The notes: generated by a model from the letters alone, not told the origin. DNA of 64,000 nucleotides from an uncultured Bdellovibrionales bacterium (GCA_964406815.1 CAYOTC010000002.1:7906-71905); one strand, 5' to 3'. Shown: positions 29,578-40,139, numbered from the stretch's first letter. Made by a program: numbers and translations.

Positions 29578-31065
29578 ATGACTGATTTATTAAGAAAAAT
29601 TAAGGCAGAACTGCACGTCTGGTTTTTCTATGGTTTTATTTTGACTTTTTCTCTTACAATCAGGAAAGTTATTTGGCATTTTCCTCTTGAAGGATTATTT
29701 AATGAACATTCCGGACTGTATTTTTATTTATCAGATATTTTTCTGGTTGCGACACTTATTTTATGGGTTATATCATTATATAACAATAAAAAGGATAAAT
29801 TGTCAAGTTATAAGTTGTGGAAAACTATTCCTATCCACAGATTATCCATATTTTTACCGCTTATTTTAGCGGTTTTTTCATTTTTATCAATTTTCTGGTC
29901 AGAAAATAAGATCGTAGCTATTTTTAGATCAATTAAATTATTAGAACTATACCTTCTTTATATATACATTTATTTTCAAAATGTTCCACGTGGAACATTT
30001 TTAAAAAACATTTTAAGAATAATTATAGCCATTGGATTAATTCAATCAGTAATAGCTATTTGGCAATTTATTGTTCAGCATTCAATCGGACTTAGATTTT
30101 TTCAAGAAAGCATAATTTCACCATTTATTCCGGGAGTAGCTAAAGTTATCTTAAACGATAATATATTCATTCGTGCTTATGGGTTAATGCCACATCCGAA
30201 TATTTTGGGATGTTTCTTGCTTTTCTCGATTATTTTAACGATACTGTGCAAAAAATTGTTCCACGTGGAACAATTTAGATATTTATTAAAATTAGTTTTA
30301 TTTATTCAGTGTGTCGCCTTAATATTAACTTTCTCTAAATCTGCAATGATTGGCTTGATTATATCAATTATATATACTAATGTTCCACGTGGAACATTAG
30401 TAGAATCTAAAAATTTGTTTAAAGTGATTTTTAATAATATTAAAAAATTGTTCCACGTGGAACAATATAGGAGATGGATATTAAGCGGAGCAATTATTAT
30501 TGTATTAGTTTTTATTATAATTAAGCCAAATTTAAGCTCTTTATTTACTAAATCACTAGGGGAGCGTTTATTTTATTTAAATGTTTCACGTGGAACAATT
30601 TTGGATAATCCAGTTCTTGGTGTGGGAATAGGGCAGTTTGTAATGAATATTCCAAATTATGTTTCTAGTAGTTTTGAAGCGTTCCAATATCAGCCGGTTC
30701 ATAATGTATTCTTACTAATCTGGTCAGAGCTGGGGATTATTGGTTTAGGATTATTTATTATTTGGATCTGGAAAGTTATTTTTGATGATAGGAAAATGTT
30801 CCACGTCTGCCTGTCTGGTAGGCAGGTGGAACATTTAAAAGAAGATTATTATAAAGAAAATATTGTAATGGGGGATAGTAATACTATATTAGAACATAAT
30901 AATAATATACTGTCAATAAAGACGATAGAAGTTTATTTTGAAGCAATTCTGGTTGGATTTTTGTTTATAATGCTTTTCGATCATTATTTTTGGGATATCT
31001 GGCAAGGACAAATTATTTTTTGGCTAACGATGGGAATAATTGCTGGAATTAAATTTAGGCATTAA
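29578..31065 (+). CDS. O-antigen ligase family protein containing in-frame parS sites
   Basis: RAYGLMPHPNILG, LTFSKSA, GVGIGQF, QPVHNVFLLIWSELG, FDHYFW. Confidence 0.85.
   Translation: MTDLLRKIKAELHVWFFYGFILTFSLTIRKVIWHFPLEGLFNEHSGLYFYLSDIFLVATLILWVISLYNNKKDKLSSYKLWKTIPIHRLSIFLPLILAVFSFLSIFWSENKIVAIFRSIKLLELYLLYIYIYFQNVPRGTFLKNILRIIIAIGLIQSVIAIWQFIVQHSIGLRFFQESIISPFIPGVAKVILNDNIFIRAYGLMPHPNILGCFLLFSIILTILCKKLFHVEQFRYLLKLVLFIQCVALILTFSKSAMIGLIISIIYTNVPRGTLVESKNLFKVIFNNIKKLFHVEQYRRWILSGAIIIVLVFIIIKPNLSSLFTKSLGERLFYLNVSRGTILDNPVLGVGIGQFVMNIPNYVSSSFEAFQYQPVHNVFLLIWSELGIIGLGLFIIWIWKVIFDDRKMFHVCLSGRQVEHLKEDYYKENIVMGDSNTILEHNNNILSIKTIEVYFEAILVGFLFIMLFDHYFWDIWQGQIIFWLTMGIIAGIKFRH
29982..30833. promoter_or_regulatory. 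parS: parS cluster (ParB/Spo0J binding sites)
   Basis: TGTTCCACGTGGAACA at 29982, 30257, 30381 and 30449; TGTTTCACGTGGAACA at 30582; interrupted copy at 30797-30833. Confidence 0.9.
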
Positions 31066-31182
31066 ACTGTAAATAGGTTCGTATAAAAACGAGTTAGCTG
31101 AAATACTGTTCTTTTTAAAACGAATATTTGTTTTTCTGATTTAATTGAATTTATTTCCATAAATAATTATTAAAATAAAAAT

Positions 31183-31569
31183 ATGTTTAAAGAGTTTAAG
31201 GAGTTTGCTGTAAAAGGCAACATAATTGACTTAGCTGTCGGTATCATTATAGGATCGGCTTTTGGAAAAATTGTCAGCTCATTGGTTCAGGATATTATTA
31301 TGCCACCCATTGGTTTGTTGCTTGGAGGAATTGATTTTTCCAGTTTTATGATTACTCTTAAAAAAGCAACTGAAGTTTCTGAAGCTGTAACGATAAATTA
31401 CGGTATTTTTATCAATAATTTAGTCGATTTTATAATTATCGCATTCGCGATATTTGTGGTTATAAAACAGATAAATAAATTAAAGAAAAAAGAAGAAGTG
31501 AAACCAGTGGAACCGGCAGAAGAAATTTTATTGCTGAGAGAAATAAGAGATCAGCTTAGACAAAAATAA
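31183..31569 (+). CDS. mscL: Large-conductance mechanosensitive channel
   Basis: [24 protein letters not shown]...LLREIRDQL. Confidence 0.97.
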   Translation: MFKEFKEFAVKGNIIDLAVGIIIGSAFGKIVSSLVQDIIMPPIGLLLGGIDFSSFMITLKKATEVSEAVTINYGIFINNLVDFIIIAFAIFVVIKQINKLKKKEEVKPVEPAEEILLLREIRDQLRQK

Positions 31570-31622
31570 AAATATCAAATTGATAAGTATATATTTTTAC
31601 GATTTATTATAAGTGAATCGGT

Positions 31623-32060
31623 ATGTTTAAAATAGGAGTTTTTGGAATTATTACAGATGAAAAAGATCGCGTTTTGTTCTGCCATAGGTGTGATTATGAT
31701 CTTTGGAATTTGCCCGGAGGCGGTGTTGAAGAAGGGGAAAGTCCTTGGGAGGCGCTTGTTCGGGAGATCAGAGAGGAAACCGGTCTTGAAGTAGAGCCTG
31801 TTAATTTGAGTGGCGTTTATAGCAAGCCGGAAAAAAATGAAATCGTATTTTCTTTCTTTTGTAAAATTATTGGAGGTGAAATTAGATTGACTGATGAAGC
31901 TGATAGGATTGAATATTTCGAAGTTGAGAAAATTCCAAAGAATACTTCGTTAAAACAAGCCGAGAGAGTGAATGAATATTTTTCCAATAAAAACAAAACT
32001 CACTTTCACGTTCAAATGGGACCGTCTTCAATTGATTTGATAAGAGAAGGAAGGATATAG
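31623..32060 (+). CDS. NUDIX hydrolase
   Basis: Nudix box GGGVEEGESPWEALVREIREETG. Confidence 0.92.
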   Translation: MFKIGVFGIITDEKDRVLFCHRCDYDLWNLPGGGVEEGESPWEALVREIREETGLEVEPVNLSGVYSKPEKNEIVFSFFCKIIGGEIRLTDEADRIEYFEVEKIPKNTSLKQAERVNEYFSNKNKTHFHVQMGPSSIDLIREGRI

Positions 32061-32094
32061 ATTATTTGAAAAAATTTTAATATTTATAATCATT

Positions 32095-32622
32095 ATGAAA
32101 CAGTTGGATTTTCCAGAAATAAAACAGACGTATAAATGGGATTGCGGTGCGGATGTTCTTGAAGCGGTTCTGACATATTATGGAATTGAAATCCGCGAAG
32201 AGCTTTTGATAGATTATGCCAAGACGAATTGCAAGACGGGAACTTCGAAAAAGGACATGCTTAGGACGCTTGAGAAATTCGATTTGAAGTATGATGCCAG
32301 AAGTATGACGATTGAAGATCTGAAAAATTATATCGATAAAAATATTCCTGTGGTGATTCTTTTGCAAGCATGGAATAGAAAAGGCGTCATTGATTATAAG
32401 AATGATTTTCATGATGGGCATTGGGTTGTGGCAATAGGACACAATAAAAATGAAATAATTTTTGAAGATCCATATGTTCTCCAGCGGACGTTTTTGAAAA
32501 AAGAAGAACTCGAGGAGAGATGGCATGATAAGGAAGGTGATAGCAAAATATATAATTTCGGCATTGCAGTTTTTGGGAAAAAGCCAGCTTATAATCAGAA
32601 AAAGCTGGTGCATATGAATTAA
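32095..32622 (+). CDS. Peptidase C39-like protein
   Basis: QTYKWDCG (catalytic Cys), GHWVV, FEDP. Confidence 0.8.
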   Translation: MKQLDFPEIKQTYKWDCGADVLEAVLTYYGIEIREELLIDYAKTNCKTGTSKKDMLRTLEKFDLKYDARSMTIEDLKNYIDKNIPVVILLQAWNRKGVIDYKNDFHDGHWVVAIGHNKNEIIFEDPYVLQRTFLKKEELEERWHDKEGDSKIYNFGIAVFGKKPAYNQKKLVHMN

Positions 32623-32650
32623 TTTTTTAATATCATTAGAAGTCTTTATT

Positions 32651-33238
32651 ATGAAGAATGATTTTGAGAAAGCTTTGGAATGTTTGAAGGATGGGGGAGT
32701 GATTATTTATCCCAGTGAGAGTTGTTATTCTTTCGGATGCGACGCGAAAAATGAAATAGCGGTCAAAAAAATACATGAAATTAAAAATGAATCGATTAAC
32801 AAACCAATAACTTTATTGGTTTCCGATCTGAAGCAGATTGAAGAATTTGGAATCATAAATGAAACGGCGGAAAAAATTAGTGAAAAACTTATGCCGGGGA
32901 AAATCAGTCTGATCATTGAAAAAAAAGATCCGGAAAAATATGGATATCTTAGCGAGAATGGGATTTGTTTTCGTATTCCTGACAACAAAATCGCTTTTGA
33001 TCTTTGCGCGAATTTTGGCGGAGCAATTACGACTACTTCAGTGAATATCCATAAGGAGCCTTCGATGTATAAAATTTCAGAAGTGATTGAAAAATTTGGA
33101 AATAAAGTTTCAACTATAATAGAAACAGGGGATAGGGATGAAAATATTCCGGTTAGCACTATTTATGATACGATGGAAAATAAAATAATTAGGCGCGGCC
33201 CGGTGAGCGAGGAAATTATAATGAAAATATTGGCGTAA
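32651..33238 (+). CDS. tsaC: L-threonylcarbamoyladenylate synthase (Sua5/YrdC)
   Basis: IIYPSESCYSFGCD, PGKISL, FRIPD, TTSVN, STI, RRGP. Confidence 0.85.
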   Translation: MKNDFEKALECLKDGGVIIYPSESCYSFGCDAKNEIAVKKIHEIKNESINKPITLLVSDLKQIEEFGIINETAEKISEKLMPGKISLIIEKKDPEKYGYLSENGICFRIPDNKIAFDLCANFGGAITTTSVNIHKEPSMYKISEVIEKFGNKVSTIIETGDRDENIPVSTIYDTMENKIIRRGPVSEEIIMKILA

Positions 33239-33255
33239 TTTTAAAAATTAAAAAT

Positions 33256-33561
33256 ATGGAACACAATAAACTTGTTCGAGACAAGATTCCTGAAATAATT
33301 GAACAAAATGGAGATAGGGCAATTACACATATAGCCAATGATGAAGAATATAAAAAAGCGTTGGAAGAAAAATTATACGAAGAAATAGCGGAGTTTTTGA
33401 AAGATTCTTGTGTTGAAGAGGCGGCGGATATCATGGAAGTGCTTGAGGCGATTTGCAAATTAAAAGGTGATGATTTAGGCGATGTCGAAAAAGTTCGATT
33501 GGAAAAAGCCGAGAAGCGGGGGAGATTTGAAAAAAGAATCATACTCGAAAAGACGGAATAA
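33256..33561 (+). CDS. MazG-like nucleoside triphosphate pyrophosphohydrolase (PRA-PH-like)
   Basis: KLVRDKIPEII...KLYEEIAEF...EEAADIMEV...KRGRF. Confidence 0.8.
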   Translation: MEHNKLVRDKIPEIIEQNGDRAITHIANDEEYKKALEEKLYEEIAEFLKDSCVEEAADIMEVLEAICKLKGDDLGDVEKVRLEKAEKRGRFEKRIILEKTE

Positions 33562-33588
33562 CTTTAAAAATATTTTTTGAAAATTTTT

Positions 33589-33623
33589 AAAAGCCCGAGG
33601 AAAATATTTTCCTGCGGGCTTTT
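33589..33623. terminator. Bidirectional terminator
   Basis: aaaagccc-gagg...cctg-cgggctttt between convergent genes. Confidence 0.65.
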
Positions 33624-33626
33624 ATT

Positions 33627-34742
33627 TTAATAATCTATCAGGCCAGTTGCATTATTATAGGTTGCGCCGGAAATATCCCAACGACTATAAACGAAGTAAA
33701 CAACACTTCCGTTTTTCATTAGCAATGATAGATTTCCGGAGTCGTGGCTTGGAATAGAAATCTCTGCATAGTAATTCCCTTCAGCATCCTTATTGATAAT
33801 GCTATATGCAGAAGAATTTCCTCTCCAGCCGACCTTGTCAGAACTCCATTGGACTCTTTGGATAGCTGATGGATCGATTCCGAAATTTGATATCCCACAG
33901 ATGATATCGGTGTTAAAGTTTATAGTGATATGTCCATTTTCAAATGCCAGATCTGATTGAGAATAGTTTCCATATTCCAACTCATCATCTTCTGTCAGTA
34001 TGGCATTAGAAATATCCCATTGGTCATAGGAAAACCAAATTTCAGTTCCATCTTCAAGTATTAAAGAAAGAACCCCGATGTCATTGTTAGGAATTTCAAT
34101 ATAGGCAGAAAAAAATCCAGTTTGCATATTTTTTTCGAGAGGAGCGGTTGCTGTACTTTGACCATCCCAACCAACTCGATCTGAATTCCACTGCACCCAT
34201 TCGACATCCGAAGGATCTATCCCGTATTCCGACAAACCTATAAGCATAGTATCGTTAAATTCCACAGCAATATGATTTGTTGAGAAAAGCAATTCTGGTT
34301 TGGAATAAGTACCATATTTTAGTAGATTATCCCTAGTTAATTCCGCCCCAATAATTTTCCATTGAGAATAAGATAGCCATATAAATGATCCATTAGTAAG
34401 TAATACGGATATATTACCAATGTCATTATGAGGAATTCTATTTATTGTAGCGGAATATTTTCCTCCAGAACTTACTATTTTTCCATAAGCAATGCTTTGG
34501 TTTCTCCAACCAACTCTGTCCGAGTTCCATTGGATGTGAACAATATCAGACAGATTCACTTGCTGAGATAGTCCGGAAATAGTATTTTCGTTAAAATTAA
34601 TAATTATTTCACTAAAATCAGGATTGAAGGTTATTTTTCTTGAGGCAGTGTTTGTTTCGGAATTGCTTCCATCGCCTCCGCCATTGCAACCTATTAAAAT
34701 AAAAAGAACTAAGATTGCCAACAAAAGATTGATTTTTTTCAT
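33627..34742 (-). CDS. Lipoprotein with three ~110-aa internal repeats
   Basis: Lipobox LIG-C; three QW(N/S)SD(R/K)VGW motifs. Confidence 0.75.
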   Translation of the reverse strand: MKKINLLLAILVLFILIGCNGGGDGSNSETNTASRKITFNPDFSEIIINFNENTISGLSQQVNLSDIVHIQWNSDRVGWRNQSIAYGKIVSSGGKYSATINRIPHNDIGNISVLLTNGSFIWLSYSQWKIIGAELTRDNLLKYGTYSKPELLFSTNHIAVEFNDTMLIGLSEYGIDPSDVEWVQWNSDRVGWDGQSTATAPLEKNMQTGFFSAYIEIPNNDIGVLSLILEDGTEIWFSYDQWDISNAILTEDDELEYGNYSQSDLAFENGHITINFNTDIICGISNFGIDPSAIQRVQWSSDKVGWRGNSSAYSIINKDAEGNYYAEISIPSHDSGNLSLLMKNGSVVYFVYSRWDISGATYNNATGLIDY

Positions 34743-34910
34743 TTTTACCTCCTATTTTAAAAAGTTTTAGTTTTTTTGTAAATTTGTTGGACAGAAAAAT
34801 ATATCATATTACAGTTAAGAAGTCAAGAGGCAAGTGATTTTGGGATAAATAAAAAACCCTGCTACTAAATTTATTAGTAACAGGGCTTAAGAAATACGAA
34901 AACCTAGGAA

Positions 34911-36281
34911 TTAAATAAGAAGAACAATAGCTTTGCAATCCTCGATCTCTTCTAGAAGTTTTTCTCCATCAATCTCATTAGCCAGAGGAGATTTTTCTTT
35001 GGCGATAGCTTTAAAAAGTTCTGCAATAGCTTTCTTAACAGCCGGATATCTTTCAACGTTTATCAGACAAGATTTGTTCCCGTCAACTTTTTTATTGGCT
35101 TTTTCTTCCGGTCTTGTTTCTTTTACATCTTCTATTGCTTCCTTTTTATTGCTCCTGACATTTCTGGTTCTTGAAGAGGTATTCTTTTTAGCAATCTCTC
35201 TCTCGGCAATTTCGGAAAATTTAATCTTTTCTTCTTCAGAAAGATTGAATAGAACTATAAGGTTATCAACTAAATCTCTGATTGTATCATTTGAAATTTT
35301 ATCAAAGTTGTTTTGTTTGAAATGGGAAATATGATATTGCGAGAAATGCAACATTTCAGCTATCTTATTCTGTTTCAAGTCATTCCTTTTGAGATATTTA
35401 AAAAACAAATCACCTAGACGAACTTCCTCATTAATTTCATCGTCTAATGCAGTATCTTTATCCGTCTGAATTTCTTCAATTACAGTTTCTTCTTCGGATA
35501 TTTCCTCGATGGATATTTCTTTTTTCTTTCTACCGCTTCTTTTTTTAGGAGTGCTCTTTTTCAGGGCAATCTCTTTTTCAAGAGTTTGATAAAAGGTATC
35601 TCTATCTTTAGATGAAAGACTTAAGAAATTGGATATTTTTTCGATTAAAGATCTGGCTTTTTCATCAGATATTCCATAAAGGTTACTGTTAAGAAGATGG
35701 CTAAGGTGAGGCCAAATAATTCCAGTTTCTTCATGCAGTTTTCTTCCACTACTACTTGCAAGCTTCAGATATTTTTTCAGAAGATCGCCCAATCTTATTT
35801 CAGGAGATTTTTCTTCTTCCTCAATGATGTCAGAATCTCCATTTGTTTCGATAGTTGGACTTTCCGGATTATCTTTAATAACTCCATCTGTCGCGGTTTC
35901 TACAATTTCATCTGGCTTAGTGTTAGTAATTTCTTCTGTTTTGGTCTCTTCTGATAAATCTTTTTGGACATTATTATTTTCAAGATGCAGATGTCCGTTT
36001 TTTCTAATGGAATTAAATTCCTCCTCCGTCAGTTCTACCTTTCCTTTAAAGAAGGCGATATTACATTTACCTCTTTGTTCTGTATTAAGGAGACCAGCAT
36101 CAATCAGAGTTTGGAACTTTTCTTTTGTTAGCTGTCTTCTTCCTTGGAGTATTTCTGTTGTTTCTTTTAATTCAAATCCAAAATCTAAACATTTTTCTGG
36201 CACAAGATTGCCATCTAAAAGCATACCGATTCTTTGGCAAATAGCTGAAATTATTTGCGTTAAGAAATAATATGAACTCAT
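34911..36281 (-). CDS. Hypothetical protein with two tandem XRE-like HTH modules
   Basis: Repeated E(I/V)RLGDL..KYLK...H(L/I)SH...IS...E(K/R)EIA segments. Confidence 0.55.
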   Translation of the reverse strand: MSSYYFLTQIISAICQRIGMLLDGNLVPEKCLDFGFELKETTEILQGRRQLTKEKFQTLIDAGLLNTEQRGKCNIAFFKGKVELTEEEFNSIRKNGHLHLENNNVQKDLSEETKTEEITNTKPDEIVETATDGVIKDNPESPTIETNGDSDIIEEEEKSPEIRLGDLLKKYLKLASSSGRKLHEETGIIWPHLSHLLNSNLYGISDEKARSLIEKISNFLSLSSKDRDTFYQTLEKEIALKKSTPKKRSGRKKKEISIEEISEEETVIEEIQTDKDTALDDEINEEVRLGDLFFKYLKRNDLKQNKIAEMLHFSQYHISHFKQNNFDKISNDTIRDLVDNLIVLFNLSEEEKIKFSEIAEREIAKKNTSSRTRNVRSNKKEAIEDVKETRPEEKANKKVDGNKSCLINVERYPAVKKAIAELFKAIAKEKSPLANEIDGEKLLEEIEDCKAIVLLI

Positions 36282-36403
36282 AGCTGATATCCTCCCAATA
36301 ATATTATTTTTTAAATGAACTTATTTTCCCCATTTTATTATCTTGAAAGTTAGCGAATTAAAGGAAAATAGTCAAGAAGCGTAAGGGAATGTGAGGGTAT
36401 AAT

Positions 36404-36435
36404 AAGACCGCGCCGACTTTTGTCGGCGCGGTCTT
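36404..36435. repeat. GC-rich palindrome with ccgac-tttt-gtcgg core downstream of gyrA
   Basis: aagaccgcgccgac-tttt-gtcggcgcggtctt. Confidence 0.7.
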
Positions 36436-36463
36436 TAAATTCCTAACATTCTTTTATTTATCC

Positions 36464-38908
36464 TTACAATATCGTAATAGCACCTACTTTATCTCCGGTT
36501 TGCGGTCGCATTACGCGCACTCCTTGTGTCGCTCGGCCGAGGACTGAAACGGAAGAAAGCGGGATGCGGATTATCTGGCCTTTATCGGAAGTTAGAATCA
36601 GGTCAGTTTCGATAGCATCGATATTGATTACTATTGCACCGATTAGTTTTCCGGTCTTAGTGGTAACGGACGCAGTTTTGATTCCTGAGCCTCCACGTTT
36701 TTGAATCTTATAGGCCTTGATGTCTGATCTTTTTCCAAATCCGTTTTCGGAAATTACAAGAAGCTGATTGCCTTTCTGGGCTTTGAACATTACATCCATT
36801 CCGACCACGCGATCATCTTTTCTTAGTTTTATTCCGCGAACTCCAGTGGCTGATCTTCCCATTGAGCGGACATCGCTTTCTTTGAAATGGATTGCTTGGC
36901 CCGCGCCAGTCGTGATAATAACTTCGTCGCTTCCGGTTGTCGGACTGACCCAGCTTAGGGCGTCGCCTTTATCAAGTTTTATGGCAATGAGTCCGGAACG
37001 TCTGACATTTTCAAATTCGTCGAGAGTGGTCTTTTTCACGGTTCCCATCTCGGTTGCCATAAAGAGATATTTATAATTGTCATCTTTATTGAAAGCAATC
37101 ATAGCAGTGATTTTTTCTTCCTGTGACAGTTGGAGGAAATTCACGATCGATTGTCCTTTGGAAATACGGGAAGACTCAGGAATTTCATAGGCCTTGGTTT
37201 GGAAAACTTTTCCGGTGTTGGTGAAGAATAAAAGATTATCGTGAGTCATTACTCCGACTAATTTTTCGATTTCATCGCCTTCTTTGGTTGTGGCGCCAAT
37301 CACTCCTTTGCCTCCGCGTTTTTGCACTTTGTATACTCCGGGATTCATCCGTTTGATGTAACCTTCTTTGGAAATAGTGATTATCGCTTCCTCATTCGGA
37401 ACCAAATCTTCTTGGCGGAATTCAGTGATGCCGGTTTTTATTATTTTTGTTTTCCTTTCATCCCCGAATTTTTCCTTGACGCGAATAAGTTCATCCTTAA
37501 CAATGCCGAAAAGTTTCTTTTCGCTTTTCAGGATTGCTTCTAGTTCAGCGATAAGTTTCAGTTTTTCTGCGAGTTCGTCTTCAATCTTTTTTCTTTCGAG
37601 TCCGGCCAAAGTCTGTAGCCTCATTTCAAGAATAGCGGTCGCTTGTCTTTCGGAAAGCTTAAATTTTTTCATGAGGTTGGCATGGGCTTCCTCTTTGGTT
37701 TTGGATTTTTTGATAGTTTCAATAACATCATCAATATGATCAAGGGCTTTTTTGAGTCCTTCCAGGATGTGAGCTCGATCTTTGGCTTTATCGAGATCAA
37801 ATTGTGTTCTTCGGGTAACAACAATTTTTCTGTGAGCGATGTAATATTCAAGGATTGATTTAAGATTAAGAACAGTCGGTTCAATTCCATCTACAAGTGC
37901 CAGCATATTCACTCCGAAATTTTTCTGCAGATCGGTGAGGGAATAAAGCTTGTTGAGAACTTTTTGCGGATAAGCATCTTTTTTCAGTTCAATCACTATA
38001 CGTACGCCTTCTTTATTGGATTCATCGCGCAGATCTTTAATGCCGACAATTTTGCCATCCTTTATAAGTTCGGCTATTTTTTCAATTAAAGTTGATTTGT
38101 TGGTAGCATAAGTTATTTCTGTCACAACAATTTTAAACATTCCATTTTTCGTTTCTTCAATATTGGTTTTTGCGCGGGTGAGAATTTTCCCTCGTCCAGT
38201 TCGATAAGCTTCGACAATATCTTTTTGATTATAAATTATTCCTCCAGTTGGAAAATCCGGACCTTTCACAAAATTGCACAGTTCTTCTACGCTTGCTTGT
38301 GGATTATCAATAAGATGAGTTATTCCGTCGATAAGTTCCGTAAGATTGTGGGAAGGAATATTTGTCGCCATTCCAACCGCAATTCCCATTGAACCATTGA
38401 GGAGAAGTTGAGGAAGATTGGCTGGAAGCACTGTCGGTTCTTTATGCTGGCCGTCAAAATTAGGAACGAAATCAACCGTATTTTTTTCAATATCCAAAAG
38501 CATCTCTTCTGCCATTTGGGAAAGCTTGGCTTCAGTGTAACGATAAGCCGCCGCAGAGTCGCCATCCATCGAACCGAAATTTCCTTGTCCGCGAACCATC
38601 GGATATCTGAGAGAAAAATCCTGAGCCATTCTGACCATTGATTCATAAACTGCCGAGTCTCCATGCGGGTGATATTTTCCCAGCACTTCTCCAACGACAG
38701 TGGCTGATTTTCTAAATTTTGCATTGGATTTCAACCCGGAATTCCACATAGAATATAAAATCCGGCGATGAACGGGTTTCAATCCATCGCGAACATCAGG
38801 CAAGGCACGCGATACGATAACACTCATCGCATAGTCCAAATAGGATTGCTGGATTTCCGTGGTAATTTCGCGTTCGTGGATATTTTCCAATTGAAGTTTG
38901 CTTTCCAT
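36464..38908 (-). CDS. gyrA: DNA gyrase subunit A
   Basis: [29 protein letters not shown], GyrA box QKRGGKG. Confidence 0.98.
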   Translation of the reverse strand: MESKLQLENIHEREITTEIQQSYLDYAMSVIVSRALPDVRDGLKPVHRRILYSMWNSGLKSNAKFRKSATVVGEVLGKYHPHGDSAVYESMVRMAQDFSLRYPMVRGQGNFGSMDGDSAAAYRYTEAKLSQMAEEMLLDIEKNTVDFVPNFDGQHKEPTVLPANLPQLLLNGSMGIAVGMATNIPSHNLTELIDGITHLIDNPQASVEELCNFVKGPDFPTGGIIYNQKDIVEAYRTGRGKILTRAKTNIEETKNGMFKIVVTEITYATNKSTLIEKIAELIKDGKIVGIKDLRDESNKEGVRIVIELKKDAYPQKVLNKLYSLTDLQKNFGVNMLALVDGIEPTVLNLKSILEYYIAHRKIVVTRRTQFDLDKAKDRAHILEGLKKALDHIDDVIETIKKSKTKEEAHANLMKKFKLSERQATAILEMRLQTLAGLERKKIEDELAEKLKLIAELEAILKSEKKLFGIVKDELIRVKEKFGDERKTKIIKTGITEFRQEDLVPNEEAIITISKEGYIKRMNPGVYKVQKRGGKGVIGATTKEGDEIEKLVGVMTHDNLLFFTNTGKVFQTKAYEIPESSRISKGQSIVNFLQLSQEEKITAMIAFNKDDNYKYLFMATEMGTVKKTTLDEFENVRRSGLIAIKLDKGDALSWVSPTTGSDEVIITTGAGQAIHFKESDVRSMGRSATGVRGIKLRKDDRVVGMDVMFKAQKGNQLLVISENGFGKRSDIKAYKIQKRGGSGIKTASVTTKTGKLIGAIVINIDAIETDLILTSDKGQIIRIPLSSVSVLGRATQGVRVMRPQTGDKVGAITIL

Positions 38909-39026
38909 AGTATCAATAAATTAAACCAAATCGGCAGCAAAAAACGCCGCCGGAGATTGATTTATTTTTTTAAATATATTTTTTCTTGGTAATTATTTTC
39001 TGCTTATTCTGGCTGTCTGTTGAGTT

Positions 39027-39320
39027 CTATTCTTTGCTTTCATTTGTGGGAATATTTCCTTGTATTTTAGTTGGCAGTTCTCTGAGTTTTTTAGTCGCAT
39101 CTTCCAATGATTCTTTTTGGTTTTTTATATATTCCATTTCTTCACTTTTTATCAAATCTAATATTGATGCTGTGTTATTTTTTTGTCTAAAAAGACTGAA
39201 AGATATGAGCCACAACAAAACTATAAAAAACATTGAAACAAAAACTGAAATCTGGACATAACGCATCCTTTCCTTTTCTGGTTTTTGGCGTAGTTGTTCA
39301 ATTTTTTTTCTTAAATTCAT
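39027..39320 (-). CDS. Small single-TM hypothetical protein
   Basis: IEQLRQKPE..TM; in operon with gyrA. Confidence 0.6.
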   Translation of the reverse strand: MNLRKKIEQLRQKPEKERMRYVQISVFVSMFFIVLLWLISFSLFRQKNNTASILDLIKSEEMEYIKNQKESLEDATKKLRELPTKIQGNIPTNESKE

Positions 39321-39352
39321 TTTTATTTCTTAAAATTCTGATTCTGTTTAGC

Positions 39353-40012
39353 CTAGTCAATGCCCATTACTATGACTTCCATCTTTTTTCCATCAATTTC
39401 GCTTTTTTTCAAATTAATCTTGGAGGGATGATTGGCGGAACAATTTCCAATTTCATTACAAAATTTCTTCTCATCATCTATGTCAACAGTGGAATTTTTC
39501 ATCTTAAAATGCATTGGTATTATCATGTTCGGTTCGATCATTTTTATAATATCAATAGCCTCTTTATGATTAATGGTATATTTTCCACCAATCGGAATCA
39601 TAAGAACATCAACTTCTCCCATAGCCTCTACTTGTTTTTCAGTAAGTTCACAGCCTAAGTCTCCCAAGTGGCAAATTCTGATATCCTCGCATTCTATGAC
39701 ATAAATCGTGTTTAGTCCTTGTTTGGACCCTTGTTGCGAGTCATGAAAAGAGCCAATGCCGATAATGTTTATTCCTTTCAAAGAATATTCTCCCGGAATA
39801 TTAATAATTTTCGGTTCACCTTTTAATGCCTCAATATTATTATGGTCGTGATGATTATGGGTAACAAGGACAAAATTAGCTTGTCCTTGAGGCGGGCGAA
39901 GGCCGACAGATTTGTCGAATGGATCAATGAAAAAAGTTACTTCTTCCTGACCGCGACCGGCGGGTTTAGCTGAGATTTTGAAGCATGAATGACCGTAATA
40001 TTGAATGTTCAT
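39353..40012 (-). CDS. MBL-fold metallo-hydrolase
   Basis: GHSCF, THNHHDHN, HLGDLG, IPMHF. Confidence 0.9.
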   Translation of the reverse strand: MNIQYYGHSCFKISAKPAGRGQEEVTFFIDPFDKSVGLRPPQGQANFVLVTHNHHDHNNIEALKGEPKIINIPGEYSLKGINIIGIGSFHDSQQGSKQGLNTIYVIECEDIRICHLGDLGCELTEKQVEAMGEVDVLMIPIGGKYTINHKEAIDIIKMIEPNMIIPMHFKMKNSTVDIDDEKKFCNEIGNCSANHPSKINLKKSEIDGKKMEVIVMGID

Positions 40013-40111
40013 ATTTTTTTAAAATGGTAAAATTTAAAAAATTTCAAATTGAAATCTAATTCATTTTAACACCAAAAAATAGGTTTGTCGAGGCGAAAAG
40101 CGGTTCTGTTT

Positions 40112-40139
40112 TTGACAAAATTATCATTTAATTTATAAT
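40112..40139 (+). promoter_or_regulatory. Sigma70-type promoter TTGACA-16-TATAAT upstream of rpsA
   Basis: Direct reading. Confidence 0.6.

Noticed and set aside
29982-30833. parS copies read as a CRISPR or iteron array
   Set aside because: Spacing is irregular, the unit is a 16-bp palindrome matching the parS consensus, and it lies within an intact ORF.
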